In this document: piece by piece, positions 9,151-19,473 of the stretch | How the letters are laid out: every line of letters starts with the position of its first letter | Position numbering within the stretch: the first letter of the stretch is position 1 | IMG/VR virus record: IMGVR_UViG_3300035670_000133 | Strand: one strand, 5' to 3' | Source of the DNA: an uncultured virus (IMG/VR IMGVR_UViG_3300035670_000133) | Lineage: Duplodnaviria; Heunggongvirae; Uroviricota; Caudoviricetes | Length of the DNA: 64,000 bases | Notes under the pieces: generated by a model | Database searches by the model: none | Seen by the model: the letters and a program-made list of their open reading frames with translations, nothing else | What the model was told of the DNA's origin: nothing | Position numbers and translations under genes: made by a program

Positions 9151-9984
9151 TCAGGCAGCGTAAGACCTTTTTTCGCGAATGCGGCTGCTCCAGCGGTGAC
9201 TGATAAAATCAAAAATGTCGCCCCAGTCGTCGGCTACCTTCTTACCCATCTCAGTCGGAGACACTGCGTAAACCACGCGGCGTAACTGCTGACTGTTCTC
9301 ATCCAGTTCTTTATCTTTGCTGCCGAACTCGACGATTTCTTTCAGCTCGATCAGACCCCACTCTTTCAGAAGCTGTGCGCCATCACGCACCGCTGTATAC
9401 ATGGGCGACGCGTGGTAGCACGCACTCCGAGGAACGTTTGGCCCCTGGTTCAGCGTGCGGTAGTGACCTTCGCCATCCTTACAGAAACCCATGAAACACT
9501 GAGAATCTGCACTTACTGAGCCACGGTATGCCATGGCGTTCACACAGTTTGTTGCGATCTGACGTAACGTTTTGCTCTGACCGCTCGAAACCCCATCCAG
9601 AATCATTGCTGCGCCGACAGCCTTGAGACTGTTCATGCCCAGTAGTCCATCGATTGCTTCAACGGTGTTGTTGATTGTTTTTGTAGGTTCGATGCGGGAG
9701 ATTCGGTTCGCGTCCGTACGAGTATACGTACGTTTTTTAGGGGCCTCAATTCCGTCAATAGCAAACTTTGCAGCGAGCGAAGCCAGCGTGGGGTTCTTTG
9801 TTTCGACGCTGATCGAGAAGAGCTTCTTAGCGTCAATCATTGCTGGATCGACATGCTCGGCAATGTCGACGACAATCGCCGTGTCTTTGCCAGCTGCACT
9901 AAGGAGTGCTTTTGCTTCGCTGTTGTCTAGTGCAGTGTCGCCGATCTTGAACTTGAAGTTCATGTAATGGAAAGCGGAACGCAT
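9151..9984 (-). CDS. Hypothetical protein (possible winged-helix C-terminus)
   Basis: Long ORF; LKEWGLIE...YAVSPTEMGK resembles a wHTH wing. Confidence 0.6.
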   Translation of the reverse strand: MRSAFHYMNFKFKIGDTALDNSEAKALLSAAGKDTAIVVDIAEHVDPAMIDAKKLFSISVETKNPTLASLAAKFAIDGIEAPKKRTYTRTDANRISRIEPTKTINNTVEAIDGLLGMNSLKAVGAAMILDGVSSGQSKTLRQIATNCVNAMAYRGSVSADSQCFMGFCKDGEGHYRTLNQGPNVPRSACYHASPMYTAVRDGAQLLKEWGLIELKEIVEFGSKDKELDENSQQLRRVVYAVSPTEMGKKVADDWGDIFDFISHRWSSRIREKRSYAA

Positions 9985-10043
9985 GAATGCTATCTTTCCG
10001 ATCCCTAGAAGAGAAGGGTCTTTATATTAATTTAAGGTTTCTG

Positions 10044-10472
10044 TTACTTGAGCGTTGTCTCAAGCACCTCTTTCACTAAGTGCATGTTTTGATACCATGC
10101 TATTAGGTCATCTGTTATCTGCATAGACATAAGTTCAAAGTCGTACTCCGAGAGCATGAGGTGCATTTCTACATCCGCCTTGTTGGCAAGCCTTTTAACT
10201 CCGTAGTTTTTGTATAAGAAGCTGCTCAGTAAAACGCAGTGCTCGGTTACATCTTTCCCGATCAACATAGTTGCGTTTATTAACTCAGTCTTTTGCATAT
10301 ACAAAAGTACAGCGTCTCTGTATCTGAATAACTGAGGCTCGTCTTCTCCTAAATTGTGATAGGTGTCGTACAGCTGTTGGGCGAGCCAATCCTCTAGCTC
10401 AAACTTTTCTGTTGCTGGGGAGTACTCTGCTTCTATCCTCTTTACTGCTCTTGCATCGGCGTGCCGGTTCAT
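10044..10472 (-). CDS. Hypothetical protein
   Basis: Co-oriented 142-aa ORF. Confidence 0.55.
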   Translation of the reverse strand: MNRHADARAVKRIEAEYSPATEKFELEDWLAQQLYDTYHNLGEDEPQLFRYRDAVLLYMQKTELINATMLIGKDVTEHCVLLSSFLYKNYGVKRLANKADVEMHLMLSEYDFELMSMQITDDLIAWYQNMHLVKEVLETTLK

Positions 10473-10525
10473 GTAAGGGGCAGCAAGTACCCCTCAATCT
10501 AAGCTCCACGTTTCAAAAAGTAGCC

Positions 10526-12067
10526 TCAGCGAAGAGCATCTTGAAACAACTCTGAGCTTTTAGGATCATCTGATACGTCTACAGTGTGTACGTAGTCACT
10601 AAATTCTCCTAAAACCCGAGCTTTTTGACCGATGCAGAAGCTATTCCATTGCACGCCGTGCTCCTGCTTAAAGGCATTCAGGCGGCGAACGAAAGGATCC
10701 GACACTTCTGCATTGCCGTCTGTGATCATCAAGATATCAGCTTTCTCGACAAAGTTGATCTCTGACAGCGCGTGGTTAATAACCGAACAGAACGATGTTC
10801 CTCCCCTGGTTGTCCAGCTCAACACAAAATTTAGAAGTCTCTCGTTGTCTGCTCTATCTTTTTCAAGGTGAATACTTTTTTGTATTACTGTGTCAAACAA
10901 GTGTATGTGTGTCGCACGCTTTTGCTTAAGACATTCTTCTGCGACTACATAAGCGATAGCTTTAGACCATAACTCACATTCTCCCGTCATCGAACCACTG
11001 ATATCGATGTACATGACAACAGGGCCTTTGTCGAGCTCTTTAACTTTTGCCTCGTAATCCTTACAAAGAAGTGTTTTCTGGCTGTATTTCAGAGCAAAGA
11101 GAGCACGACCTTGTTCTGTGGCGGCCAGCGCGATCTCGGCTGGGAAAGCTTTTGTGATTGTGTCCGAGAACTTTGCGCCTACTATGTCGCTGTAACTTGT
11201 TTGTGACCTACGAGCTCGCTTACGATCGGCCCACGCTTGACGCAAGGCACCTAAGCGGCGAACGAGCTCCTTGAGGCCAGGGTTGTTGCTGAGCTTCCTT
11301 GCGAGGCTTCGCTTTTGATCAAGATCGTTGAGGCTGGCGCCCTTACCAGCTTCGCTGCCTGCGAGCGCAGCCATAGCTTCCTGGTTGTCTTTAGCTGCTT
11401 GGTGCGCACGATCAACTGCTTTGTCTACCTGAGGCTGCATTTGCTCGCTCATTTGGAGCAAGCTCTGCTCCATTTGGCGGCCGAGTTCCTTACCTTGCTG
11501 GCGAAGCTCAGCAGCCTTAGCGTTATCACCTTGCTTTTTAGCTTCCATAAACTGCTCACGAATGTCTTGAAGCTGTTGAGCGCCTTGGCTAAGAAGCTCT
11601 TCACTGAGCGAGTTGTTTTCAAGCTCTACCATCAGGATTTCGCTGAGTTCGTTGAGCACGTTTACAGCGTTGTTACCTGAAGTGAATTGATCACCAATCG
11701 ATAGAGAAACCAGCCGTGGCCATGCAGGGGATTCGCACACTTGTACAAAGAGGCTGTACCAGAACGCATACTCAGGTTTGTAGCCTTTCGGCAAGTCTGG
11801 GTTCAGCCCGTTTTGCTTGGCGCGAAAGTAAGCCTCAACCTCATCAAAACTGATGACCGTAGTTACCTGACCGCCGTTGTATAAAAAGTCGAACAGCTCC
11901 TTGCCGAAACGCGAAAGCTGTTTGATGTTGTACTTGTCTTCAAGGTATTTAACGATGGGACGTGCATCGCGGATGAAGTCGTCCCAAAGGAAATCAGACA
12001 GTGCAGAAACAGCGAGCACGAGAGGCTCGTTATTTACGAGGCGAAGAAACTCGGTGTTGGTGTTCAT
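10526..12067 (-). CDS. VWA (ViaA-like) domain protein
   Basis: MIDAS DISGSM, GGTSF and ILMITDG; coupled to the AAA+ gene. Confidence 0.9.
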   Translation of the reverse strand: MNTNTEFLRLVNNEPLVLAVSALSDFLWDDFIRDARPIVKYLEDKYNIKQLSRFGKELFDFLYNGGQVTTVISFDEVEAYFRAKQNGLNPDLPKGYKPEYAFWYSLFVQVCESPAWPRLVSLSIGDQFTSGNNAVNVLNELSEILMVELENNSLSEELLSQGAQQLQDIREQFMEAKKQGDNAKAAELRQQGKELGRQMEQSLLQMSEQMQPQVDKAVDRAHQAAKDNQEAMAALAGSEAGKGASLNDLDQKRSLARKLSNNPGLKELVRRLGALRQAWADRKRARRSQTSYSDIVGAKFSDTITKAFPAEIALAATEQGRALFALKYSQKTLLCKDYEAKVKELDKGPVVMYIDISGSMTGECELWSKAIAYVVAEECLKQKRATHIHLFDTVIQKSIHLEKDRADNERLLNFVLSWTTRGGTSFCSVINHALSEINFVEKADILMITDGNAEVSDPFVRRLNAFKQEHGVQWNSFCIGQKARVLGEFSDYVHTVDVSDDPKSSELFQDALR

Positions 12068-13248
12068 GATGAAACGTTAGAGATTGAAGCTGCTACTGAC
12101 TGAGACGAAGACTCGATTGTTTGAGCGAGTTTGGTTGCAGACTGGCGAGCACTGGCGCTGATCCGATACTGACCAGATTCCAGGATGTTATCTAGTTTGT
12201 TCGAGAGGGTATCTAGGTCACGGTGCATCTTGCGAAGCTTGCCGACCAGACGGTTTAAGTCATCGACACTTTTAGATTCTGCCGCGTGCAGAGCGTGGTA
12301 TTCAGTGAGGATCCCACTATGAGCTCGCTTAATACTCTCCATTAGCTTTTCAGCTGTAGGTACAGCTTGCTCTAGGACTTCTTTTATTACTTGCACATCA
12401 TCTTGCGTTTGGTAGACAATGTGAATCAGTGAACGATGCAGGTGCTCGGGAAATAATTCTTCGTCACCTTGAACTAAAGCCCATCCACGCAGGAACTTTA
12501 GAATCTGAACTCTTCGGCGATCACTGATGGTTATGCCTCGTGTAGCGAGTAGATCGATAACCTGAGTGAAGGAGTCTAGAAACTCTTCACTGACACTCAC
12601 ATTTGATACTTCTTTTTGAAGGGAGTTAAGGTCATCGAATGTCAGTTTCGATTCAACTACTGGCCGCTGCTTGATACCGAGAGCCCAAGCATCAAGACTG
12701 CGCTTCGATGTTGGTTTCTTAAGCAGGTCAACAGTTGGGCGGAAAAGGAATCGATCGCAGAAAGCTTGTAGGGATTCCTCTTGAGGGAATGAGTTGGTCG
12801 CAGCGACAATCGATTGAATAGGGGTCTCAAGAAGGTCACGGCCGTTATTAAAGGTTCGCTCGTTAAGGATTGTCAGCAGAGAGTTAAGCACTGCGGAGCT
12901 GCCACGGAACAGCTCATCCAGGAATGCGATGTTTGCTGTTGGTAGGTATCCTTTAACGTCTCGAACATATTCGTCTTTAAGTAACTTCGAGACAGCCACT
13001 GGACCGAACAACTCTGATGGATCCGTGGTTGGTGAAAGCAGGTAACCGAAGAACTGAGATCCTTTGAATCCGTTTGATACTGCTCGCACAAGCTCAGACT
13101 TACCCGTACCAGGCAGCCCGAATAAGAAGCTGTTTTGTTTAGTGATCAAAGATGCGAGTAGTCCGTCAATAACATCAGCGCGTTCCAAGAAGCTTGTATT
13201 TAAAGAAGCGCGGAAGGCTTGCAGATTCGAGAAAAGGGTGTCGTTCAT
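12064..13248 (-). CDS. MoxR/RavA-family AAA+ ATPase
   Basis: Walker A GLPGTGKS, Walker B FLDELF, sensor AATN, DRF. Confidence 0.92.
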   Translation of the reverse strand: MNDTLFSNLQAFRASLNTSFLERADVIDGLLASLITKQNSFLFGLPGTGKSELVRAVSNGFKGSQFFGYLLSPTTDPSELFGPVAVSKLLKDEYVRDVKGYLPTANIAFLDELFRGSSAVLNSLLTILNERTFNNGRDLLETPIQSIVAATNSFPQEESLQAFCDRFLFRPTVDLLKKPTSKRSLDAWALGIKQRPVVESKLTFDDLNSLQKEVSNVSVSEEFLDSFTQVIDLLATRGITISDRRRVQILKFLRGWALVQGDEELFPEHLHRSLIHIVYQTQDDVQVIKEVLEQAVPTAEKLMESIKRAHSGILTEYHALHAAESKSVDDLNRLVGKLRKMHRDLDTLSNKLDNILESGQYRISASARQSATKLAQTIESSSQSVAASISNVSS

Positions 13249-13368
13249 CAGTCGAAAATTGTTGAGAGAGTTTTGAACAGGTTTTTGAACAGGTCTCGTT
13301 TTAGGGTTCGGTAAGGTTTGGATAAACTTTTAGAGACCAGTAAGAACGTGAAGTCTTTTGATGTGAGC

Positions 13369-14586
13369 TCAAAAGTCGAGTTCATCTGTTGAAGCGGCTT
13401 CGATGTTTTTAACTTCATCAATTAAGTCGTCGAGGTTTGCATTCTGAGCTTTAACAAGCTCAGCTCGTTGATCAAACAACGATTGAAGATGCTTCGCCCT
13501 CTGGTGGTAAACATCCTTCTCGATCTGAAGCTCGTGGTAGAGCTGATCGAGTTGCTCTTGATTCTCAGCAGATCCGATCTTGGCAAGTAAATCTCTGTAT
13601 GTGCCAGAGAGTGCTAAAGATCGCTTGAGTGATTCGAGACCATCACTAGAGCTGCGCGATTTAACAATCGATTGAAGCTCGTCTCTGATCTTTGCCTTGA
13701 GATCTGAGTAATCTTTAAACGCTTGGTTCTTAACTTTTGCAGCATCAGACTGAAGCCGGATACCTACATCAAGCAAATCGTTCGATAGTGACGAAAGATT
13801 TTCAAAGCCAGGGCAATGACGGGTGATCAACTGCAGAGCCTCAGCAGTTATCTGCCAAGAACCTCGCCGCTTACTCCCACCAGTCTGACGTTCACCAACC
13901 TTAGATGAAACACGAACATCGAGATCATCTAGTAGTTCTGCAGCTTTTGCAAGTGCGCGATCAGCAGCGCCTTCGCGAGCTGCTTCAAGCACTTCATTGG
14001 TGTTAAACACCGCAGCCTGTTGAATCGCCGTGGCGATTGAGTGCTCCTCTTTGTTCTCAGACACCTCCATACTCACAGGATTTGGGCCGACCACAAATAC
14101 CCTGATCGGATTCTCAAACTCCTGTTTCGTAGGAAAGATAGATAAGTAGGCTTCTTTAGCGAGCTTGAACCCCTCCGTGTCGTCACGGAACAGAGGCTCT
14201 AAGAAACCTTCAACTGTGTTCGACCAGCGAGTGTACTCCTCAAGCCACAGCTCATTGAGTTGCTCGTTGTAGTTAGAAGCATCAGAGCGAATCTTTGCGA
14301 TACATTCCATAGCCTCTTCGAAGTAATCCTCATGGAGAAAGTGAACATCTCCGTTATGGATTGTGCACTCGTCATACAGTTTGCGTTGCTCTATGCGTAG
14401 CAAGTTCAGGAATTCTTTGAGCTTGCCTGAAAGCGTTGGGCGCACAGAAACAGATTGCTGTTTCTCCAGCACGTCGATCACAGTGTCTGGCAGCTGAAGA
14501 TCTGCCATCTTTATCTGCGTGCTCTGCCTGACAGATGCGCTGACAGAACAGTGAAGAAGAAAGATTTTGTCGTTACTCATGATCAC
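13369..14586 (-). CDS. Helical hypothetical protein (possibly DUF3150-like)
   Basis: 405-aa coiled-coil-rich ORF upstream of AAA+/VWA. The family is suggested by context only. Confidence 0.55.
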   Translation of the reverse strand: MIMSNDKIFLLHCSVSASVRQSTQIKMADLQLPDTVIDVLEKQQSVSVRPTLSGKLKEFLNLLRIEQRKLYDECTIHNGDVHFLHEDYFEEAMECIAKIRSDASNYNEQLNELWLEEYTRWSNTVEGFLEPLFRDDTEGFKLAKEAYLSIFPTKQEFENPIRVFVVGPNPVSMEVSENKEEHSIATAIQQAAVFNTNEVLEAAREGAADRALAKAAELLDDLDVRVSSKVGERQTGGSKRRGSWQITAEALQLITRHCPGFENLSSLSNDLLDVGIRLQSDAAKVKNQAFKDYSDLKAKIRDELQSIVKSRSSSDGLESLKRSLALSGTYRDLLAKIGSAENQEQLDQLYHELQIEKDVYHQRAKHLQSLFDQRAELVKAQNANLDDLIDEVKNIEAASTDELDF

Positions 14587-15008
14587 TTAAGGCGGCGGAA
14601 GACGGCGGTGATTTTGTCAGTGACCAGATCAACAGCTCCGGTGATGTGCAGCTGTTCGATCAAGCTGTTGCGCTCAATCTTGGCAATCTTGAGCTTGCGC
14701 TCCAGATCAACAATCTTCTCGTTGAGCTTCTCAAGCTTGGCGTGAGGCGTGGGCGAGCGATCGATTCGAACAACGATGTTCGTGCGGAACTCAGGGAATT
14801 TAAATAGAGAGTCATCGCCACGAAAGACATCTAGATCGAGTCCACTGTTGTCTGCCTTGACGAGCATCGAAGTCAGGTTGCTACGAGCAGACTCATACTC
14901 GGCACCAAACCCCTCGTTAAGTTGAGCGAGGGCAGTGTCGCAGGAGTCGTAACGCTCAGCGCTGATGCGTCCCTGTTCGATCAGGGACTGTTTAGTGACC
15001 TTAATCAT
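14583..15008 (-). CDS. Hypothetical protein, first gene of the AAA+/VWA operon
   Basis: Start moved to ATG 15008 (MIKVTKQ) because a consensus promoter lies inside the longer ORF call. Confidence 0.65.
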   Translation of the reverse strand: MIKVTKQSLIEQGRISAERYDSCDTALAQLNEGFGAEYESARSNLTSMLVKADNSGLDLDVFRGDDSLFKFPEFRTNIVVRIDRSPTPHAKLEKLNEKIVDLERKLKIAKIERNSLIEQLHITGAVDLVTDKITAVFRRLK

Positions 15009-15065
15009 GTGATGTGATGCGAAGGGAACGCACCGCGTTAAGGGCCGGTGCCGCCCATGCAGAGC

Positions 15066-15094
15066 AATGTACATTCTCCTGAGCACCTTGTCAA
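15066..15094 (-). promoter_or_regulatory. Sigma70-type promoter
   Basis: TTGACA-N17-TACATT on the minus strand. Confidence 0.75.
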
Positions 15095-15265
15095 CCCCTG
15101 CGCAGGGATTTATCTTTGGTGACACGAGAGCATAGTTATTACAACTTTTGTTAATAAGAAAACTTTTTCTAAGTAAAACAATAGCAACAAAACTGGATAC
15201 TCTTTGTAGTCTTTATCTTTCGCATTTGTGTCTCAGTTTGTTTAGAGGCACTTAAGCCTCATGAT

Positions 15266-15781
15266 TTATAGAATCCCCTTGCTACGCGATACCTTTGCGT
15301 CGTTGTTGTATCGCCCGGTGTATCTGTAGCTAGCTTGAGGAGTTTCAGCCATCTCTGTGAATACGATTTGTCCGCAACGCATCCCCGGCCAAAGCGGGAA
15401 AGCCGAGAATTGTTTGGCGTTCTTAAACTCCAAAGTCAGCACCGAGTTGCTAAATCCGGGATCGATGTAGCCGGCGAGTAGGTGCTCCAGACCAGCACGA
15501 GCCAGCGAAGATTTAAGTACGAACTGTGCTGAGATGAAGTCAGGGATGTTAAAAGTCTCAGCTGTTTCAGCCAAGATAAATTCATTAGGCATCAGCAGAT
15601 AAGGGTTCTCTCTAGTGTGCTCCGAGATGTTCTTCGGAAGTAACCCACCATCCTCAACCTCAACGTAGAGATTAGTGCCGAGTGTGACGTCAAGACTGGC
15701 GGGGTTGATCAGCGTGGGATCGAAGGGCTCGATCATGCCCCCTTGACACAAAGCTCGAATCCTAAAATCAGGTAGAACCAC
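15266..15781 (-). CDS. dcd: dCTP deaminase
   Basis: INPASLDVTL, KSSLARAG, AGYIDPGF and GQIVF motifs; probable GTG start at 15781. Confidence 0.92.
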   Translation of the reverse strand: MVLPDFRIRALCQGGMIEPFDPTLINPASLDVTLGTNLYVEVEDGGLLPKNISEHTRENPYLLMPNEFILAETAETFNIPDFISAQFVLKSSLARAGLEHLLAGYIDPGFSNSVLTLEFKNAKQFSAFPLWPGMRCGQIVFTEMAETPQASYRYTGRYNNDAKVSRSKGIL

Positions 15782-15879
15782 GGAGACTGAGAAAGCTTTC
15801 AAAGAGATTAGCTCAAGTGCCCATGGATTTTATTGAGCAAAGACCCTGAAGCAAAGTGTGTTACTGTCCTTAACTTAGA

Positions 15880-15936
15880 AAGCCCCAGCGAGCTACGAAC
15901 TCCTGAGGCCGATCAACCTGCGTTCCCAGGCCGATG
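15880..15936 (+). promoter_or_regulatory. Conserved two-hairpin leader of HNH gene (copy 1)
   Basis: Near-identical to 20509-20566, with a compensatory base change. Confidence 0.65.
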
Positions 15937-16572
15937 CCTAAGCCTATCGCACTGCCGCCGCTTGAGCGGTTAAATGAGCTGTTTGAAGTAGTCCCGATTG
16001 CCGAGTCTCAATTTGGAATTCAATCAGGATTGATGTGCAGGATAGCCCAAGGAAACCAGAAAGCAGGTAATGTTGCGGGAACACCCAGAAGGGATCGTAC
16101 GGGCAGGATCGACTGGATAGTAAGTGTTGACTCTCGGCGATATTTGGTATCGAGAATCATTTACTTTATGATAAGTGGCTTAGATCCCGGTAAATTCGAG
16201 ATCGACCATAAGGACTGTAATCCTTTAAATAACAATTTAGAGAACTTAAGACTTGGGCACAAATCGTTGCAGAAACATAATCGACCAAGACAGGCAAACA
16301 ACACCAGCGGCGCGGTGGGAGTGAGCAGGGTCAAAGGTCGTAACAAGTGGCGGGCTTATCTCACGTTCGAAACTAAACCAACCCATTTAGGCCACTTCAC
16401 CTGCAAAATCGAAGCCGCCAAAGCATACAACGACAAGGTTATAAGTCAAAACCTACACAAAATTGGTAAACCTCTTAATGATATAGAAACGCTCAGTTGT
16501 GATTGTGATAAGTGCAATGATGAGATTAACCTAAGTGGCTGTGAATTTCATCAAAGACTTCACGGCCTTTAG
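15934..16572 (+). CDS. HNH-AP2 homing endonuclease
   Basis: IDHKDCNPLNNNLENLR plus AP2-like NTSGAVGV...KWRA...LGHF...EAAKAYN; antisense to its neighbours. Confidence 0.88.
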   Translation: MPKPIALPPLERLNELFEVVPIAESQFGIQSGLMCRIAQGNQKAGNVAGTPRRDRTGRIDWIVSVDSRRYLVSRIIYFMISGLDPGKFEIDHKDCNPLNNNLENLRLGHKSLQKHNRPRQANNTSGAVGVSRVKGRNKWRAYLTFETKPTHLGHFTCKIEAAKAYNDKVISQNLHKIGKPLNDIETLSCDCDKCNDEINLSGCEFHQRLHGL

Positions 16573-16843
16573 CTGTGAGTTTCACGAGCTTGATTCTTTG
16601 ATCTGCGTGCCAGGGTTCCCGGCTTACTAGACCCATGCCCGGCTCGCCTTTCTGAGTTTGTGAATCGAGAATGCCGCAGTTACGCGAGACGGAACTCTTT
16701 GGGATGCCGAGCTTGCGAGCGATGTCTGTCTGAAGGAGTCCCTCAGGAGACTCCCCAACAGCTAGGAAGATAAAGAGTGTTGTACAAGAAACTTCGCGAG
16801 GGTTGAACTTAGCGAAGGGTTCTATTGCTTTTGAGAGGAGCAT
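16526..16843 (-). CDS. MarR-like winged-helix regulator
   Basis: QTDIARKLGIPKSSVSR and DQRIKLVKLTAKG. Confidence 0.85.
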   Translation of the reverse strand: MLLSKAIEPFAKFNPREVSCTTLFIFLAVGESPEGLLQTDIARKLGIPKSSVSRNCGILDSQTQKGEPGMGLVSREPWHADQRIKLVKLTAKGREVFDEIHSHLG

Positions 16844-17318
16844 GGAGTTAGTTGTAATAGCTTGATGTCTATCTGATTGAGGTTGTCTAGCGTAGCTTCA
16901 ATCTCTTCTTTCATCGGCTCAGACGCCGAGAGCAAGTTGAGCTGCTGCCTAGTCACTAGCGCATTGAGCGCCCTACGAAGCGTAAGGATCTCAGACTTGG
17001 TGAAGGTTACTTGTGACATTGTTCCTGGGTGATCTCTTGATGTGATCCAGTGTGATGAGCGTGGGCAGCCACAGAACTGACCAAGACGAGGCTAGTCGAA
17101 AGGAGCAGAAGGTTGATGATCAGTTTCACTTTGTCAGGTCTTCAAGAATTGGGATTAGACGGTTTGCCAGCTCTTTAGCTTGCTTGGACTTAGAGCCTTT
17201 TACAACTGCCAGGAGTGTTGCAGGCGATACGTTGGTGTACTCAATGTGCTTTTGTGAGATTTGTGATTGGAGTGTGATTGTGATTGGGTAGTTCACAGGA
17301 GTTTGGCAGCATTGAACT

Positions 17319-17483
17319 TTAGCAGCCAGGAGCAAAGTAAGGTTTACCGTTTGGTGCGAACGGACACTGTATGTGCTGTGAACGTTGCGTGTCTCCCGTG
17401 CGGATAGCTGCAGCGAATGTGATGGTCGCTGCTAGCAGGATTGCAGTCTCAGTGAAACGACGCTTCGAGAAAGGTGCCTTCAT
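17319..17483 (-). CDS. Small membrane protein (54 aa)
   Basis: Not in the ORF track: MKAPFSKRRFTETAILLAATITFAAAIR...; start overlaps the 17480 stop. Confidence 0.5.
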   Translation of the reverse strand: MKAPFSKRRFTETAILLAATITFAAAIRTGDTQRSQHIQCPFAPNGKPYFAPGC

Positions 17484-18223
17484 GATTGAACGATCAGTTT
17501 TGTGACGCCGAAGTGTTTAATCCAGGTGACGAGTTTCACCGTTGCATCAGTGTTCTCAAGGCCAATGCAGCCTGATGTACCTGACTCACCATTGAGTTTG
17601 CCGAGCGAAGGATCGACGTGAAAGCCGAGATCAGATCGCCCCGTGGAGAACATCGGTGTAATCGGAATCCAGTAACCGCGACCTAGCTCAGGATCTGGAA
17701 AGGGTCCTCTTTCGATACCCATCGTGTCGATTCGATAGTCTCCTTTCGGTAGTGGTGCTTTTGTGCCAGCTGTGTGACGATTCGCAGTTTGTCGGGACGC
17801 TCGCCCTGTTACAGCAATCATGCTGTCAAGAACCACACCGTCTTTGCTGACGAGGTTTAATCGCCAAACAGGATCCTTTGTTTTAGGGATAAGTTCTTTT
17901 GTCTTATTGAGAGTAAGAAACGCTGAGCTAGCGATGCGAGGCAGCGGGGGGATTGGATTTGTGAACTGAACTGAGGGTCGCATCGAGCCGGGTTCGGCAG
18001 GGTATCCCGGCTCAGGTACAGCATCAAGAGGTAAGACCCCATCAGCAGCTAAGCGTGCTTGATCGTCGCCTAACTCTAAAGGCTGTTGCATCGCAAGCAT
18101 CATCTCTTGGTGATACTCACTAACTTGTTGTCTTGATTCAAAGAAACGCTGCCCGTGGTGGAAGCTGAGAGCAGCTACTAGACCACCGACTGTTCCGATT
18201 AAGGCGTACATTTTGAGATTCAT
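17480..18223 (-). CDS. Membrane-anchored L,D-transpeptidase-fold (YkuD/Tlde1-like) protein
   Basis: N-terminal hydrophobic segment; PLPKGDYRI, GFH...TSGCIGL catalytic His/Cys motif. Confidence 0.8.
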   Translation of the reverse strand: MNLKMYALIGTVGGLVAALSFHHGQRFFESRQQVSEYHQEMMLAMQQPLELGDDQARLAADGVLPLDAVPEPGYPAEPGSMRPSVQFTNPIPPLPRIASSAFLTLNKTKELIPKTKDPVWRLNLVSKDGVVLDSMIAVTGRASRQTANRHTAGTKAPLPKGDYRIDTMGIERGPFPDPELGRGYWIPITPMFSTGRSDLGFHVDPSLGKLNGESGTSGCIGLENTDATVKLVTWIKHFGVTKLIVQS

Positions 18224-18230
18224 GAGTTAG

Positions 18231-18656
18231 TTACATGTTTCCTGGGCCGGTGCTTGTAACTGGGGGAGCAGGAGGAGCTGGAGGCGCATCGTAGTTGCCC
18301 GGTCCCACTGTAGGTGCGGGAGGCACCCTGGCAGGAGTTTGAGGTGCAGGGTTAGGTTGTTGAAACACAGGAGCTGGATCAGCTGCTGGTTGCGCAGCAG
18401 GTTGAGCTGACTGATTCCCTGAGGAATCCTCCTTTGTCTCTGTTTTAGTCTCTTTAGTCTCAGCTGGGCCGCCCCCTTCTAGTTGTTGGAGCCATTCAGC
18501 TTTTGATTTCTGTTGCGGGTCTGGTTCGAGTTTGCCAGCAGGATCTGATTTATTTGGGTTAGGAATCAGAACGTTGACGAAAGAACTGATAACACTGGAG
18601 GCGGTGATTGCAAAGATGAAAGCAGCGCCAGCGATGATGATGTACCTAAGTCGCAT
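18231..18656 (-). CDS. Membrane-anchored Pro-rich protein
   Basis: N-terminal TM segment; Pro/Ala-rich tail. Confidence 0.7.
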   Translation of the reverse strand: MRLRYIIIAGAAFIFAITASSVISSFVNVLIPNPNKSDPAGKLEPDPQQKSKAEWLQQLEGGGPAETKETKTETKEDSSGNQSAQPAAQPAADPAPVFQQPNPAPQTPARVPPAPTVGPGNYDAPPAPPAPPVTSTGPGNM

Positions 18657-18662
18657 GATGTA

Positions 18663-18941
18663 TCAACGGCAAAGGTAATCAGAACGCATCCAACCTACGA
18701 GGCCGTTGTATTCTGTTTTCCACCAACGCATCTTGTCGGCGCCCCACACCCAGGTGAGTGCACGAACGTAACTTTCGTTAGGGATGGAAGCGATGACCGT
18801 TGCTCGTGTTGATGGCTGATTGCGGAGATTTACTGAGCTGTTGTATTCGCGAGTGCAGGTCATTGCCCACTGAGCTTGAGCCGGCGTGGCAATAAGTAAG
18901 GATGTAAGGGAAGTAAGGAGTAAGGCGGTAAGTTTGGTCAT
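18663..18941 (-). CDS. Secreted SH3b-domain protein
   Basis: Signal peptide (AQA); VNLRNQPS...WWK..YNGLVGWM.SDYL. Confidence 0.85.
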   Translation of the reverse strand: MTKLTALLLTSLTSLLIATPAQAQWAMTCTREYNSSVNLRNQPSTRATVIASIPNESYVRALTWVWGADKMRWWKTEYNGLVGWMRSDYLCR

Positions 18942-18943
18942 GG

Positions 18944-19189
18944 TTAAGCTGTGATGATTTGGTCGATTGGAATGAGTAGTTTAATCTTCCACGCTTGGAA
19001 GTTTGAGCCGACTCGTTCTATCTCGATGAGTTGTCTTTCTTCGAGTGAGCCAACTGCTTTGAGGAATACGTTGCGGCGACTAGCTGTAACTTTGCCTAGA
19101 TAGCAAGGTTCGCCAGGATTACGTTGTTCGTGTTGTGCTACGAGACGAAGGATGTTTCGTTGGTTTGTGCGAAGGCTAGGCAGGAGCAT
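18944..19189 (-). CDS. Small hypothetical protein (possible winged helix)
   Basis: Co-oriented ORF at the head of the cluster. Confidence 0.55.
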   Translation of the reverse strand: MLLPSLRTNQRNILRLVAQHEQRNPGEPCYLGKVTASRRNVFLKAVGSLEERQLIEIERVGSNFQAWKIKLLIPIDQIITA

Positions 19190-19473
19190 GGATACTCATG
19201 GCTGCGAGTAGACTAAGGGGACCGAAGCCCAGGCCACCGTGGAAGCTAACGCTTTGTTGGATGATTACATCATTGCGATGGATCCTCAGGAGAGAGCTAG
19301 GCACCGGGAAGAAGCACGGTTAATTTATGACATGATCCAGAAGGGTGAGATACCCAATCCTGGTGACGATACAATGAAGCAGTTGATAGACCAGATTAGT
19401 GGTGTTGGTGTGAAAGGTGTTTGATTGTGTAGTTTAGGTTACTCTGTGATGGTGCCCCGCGAAGCGGAAGAAG

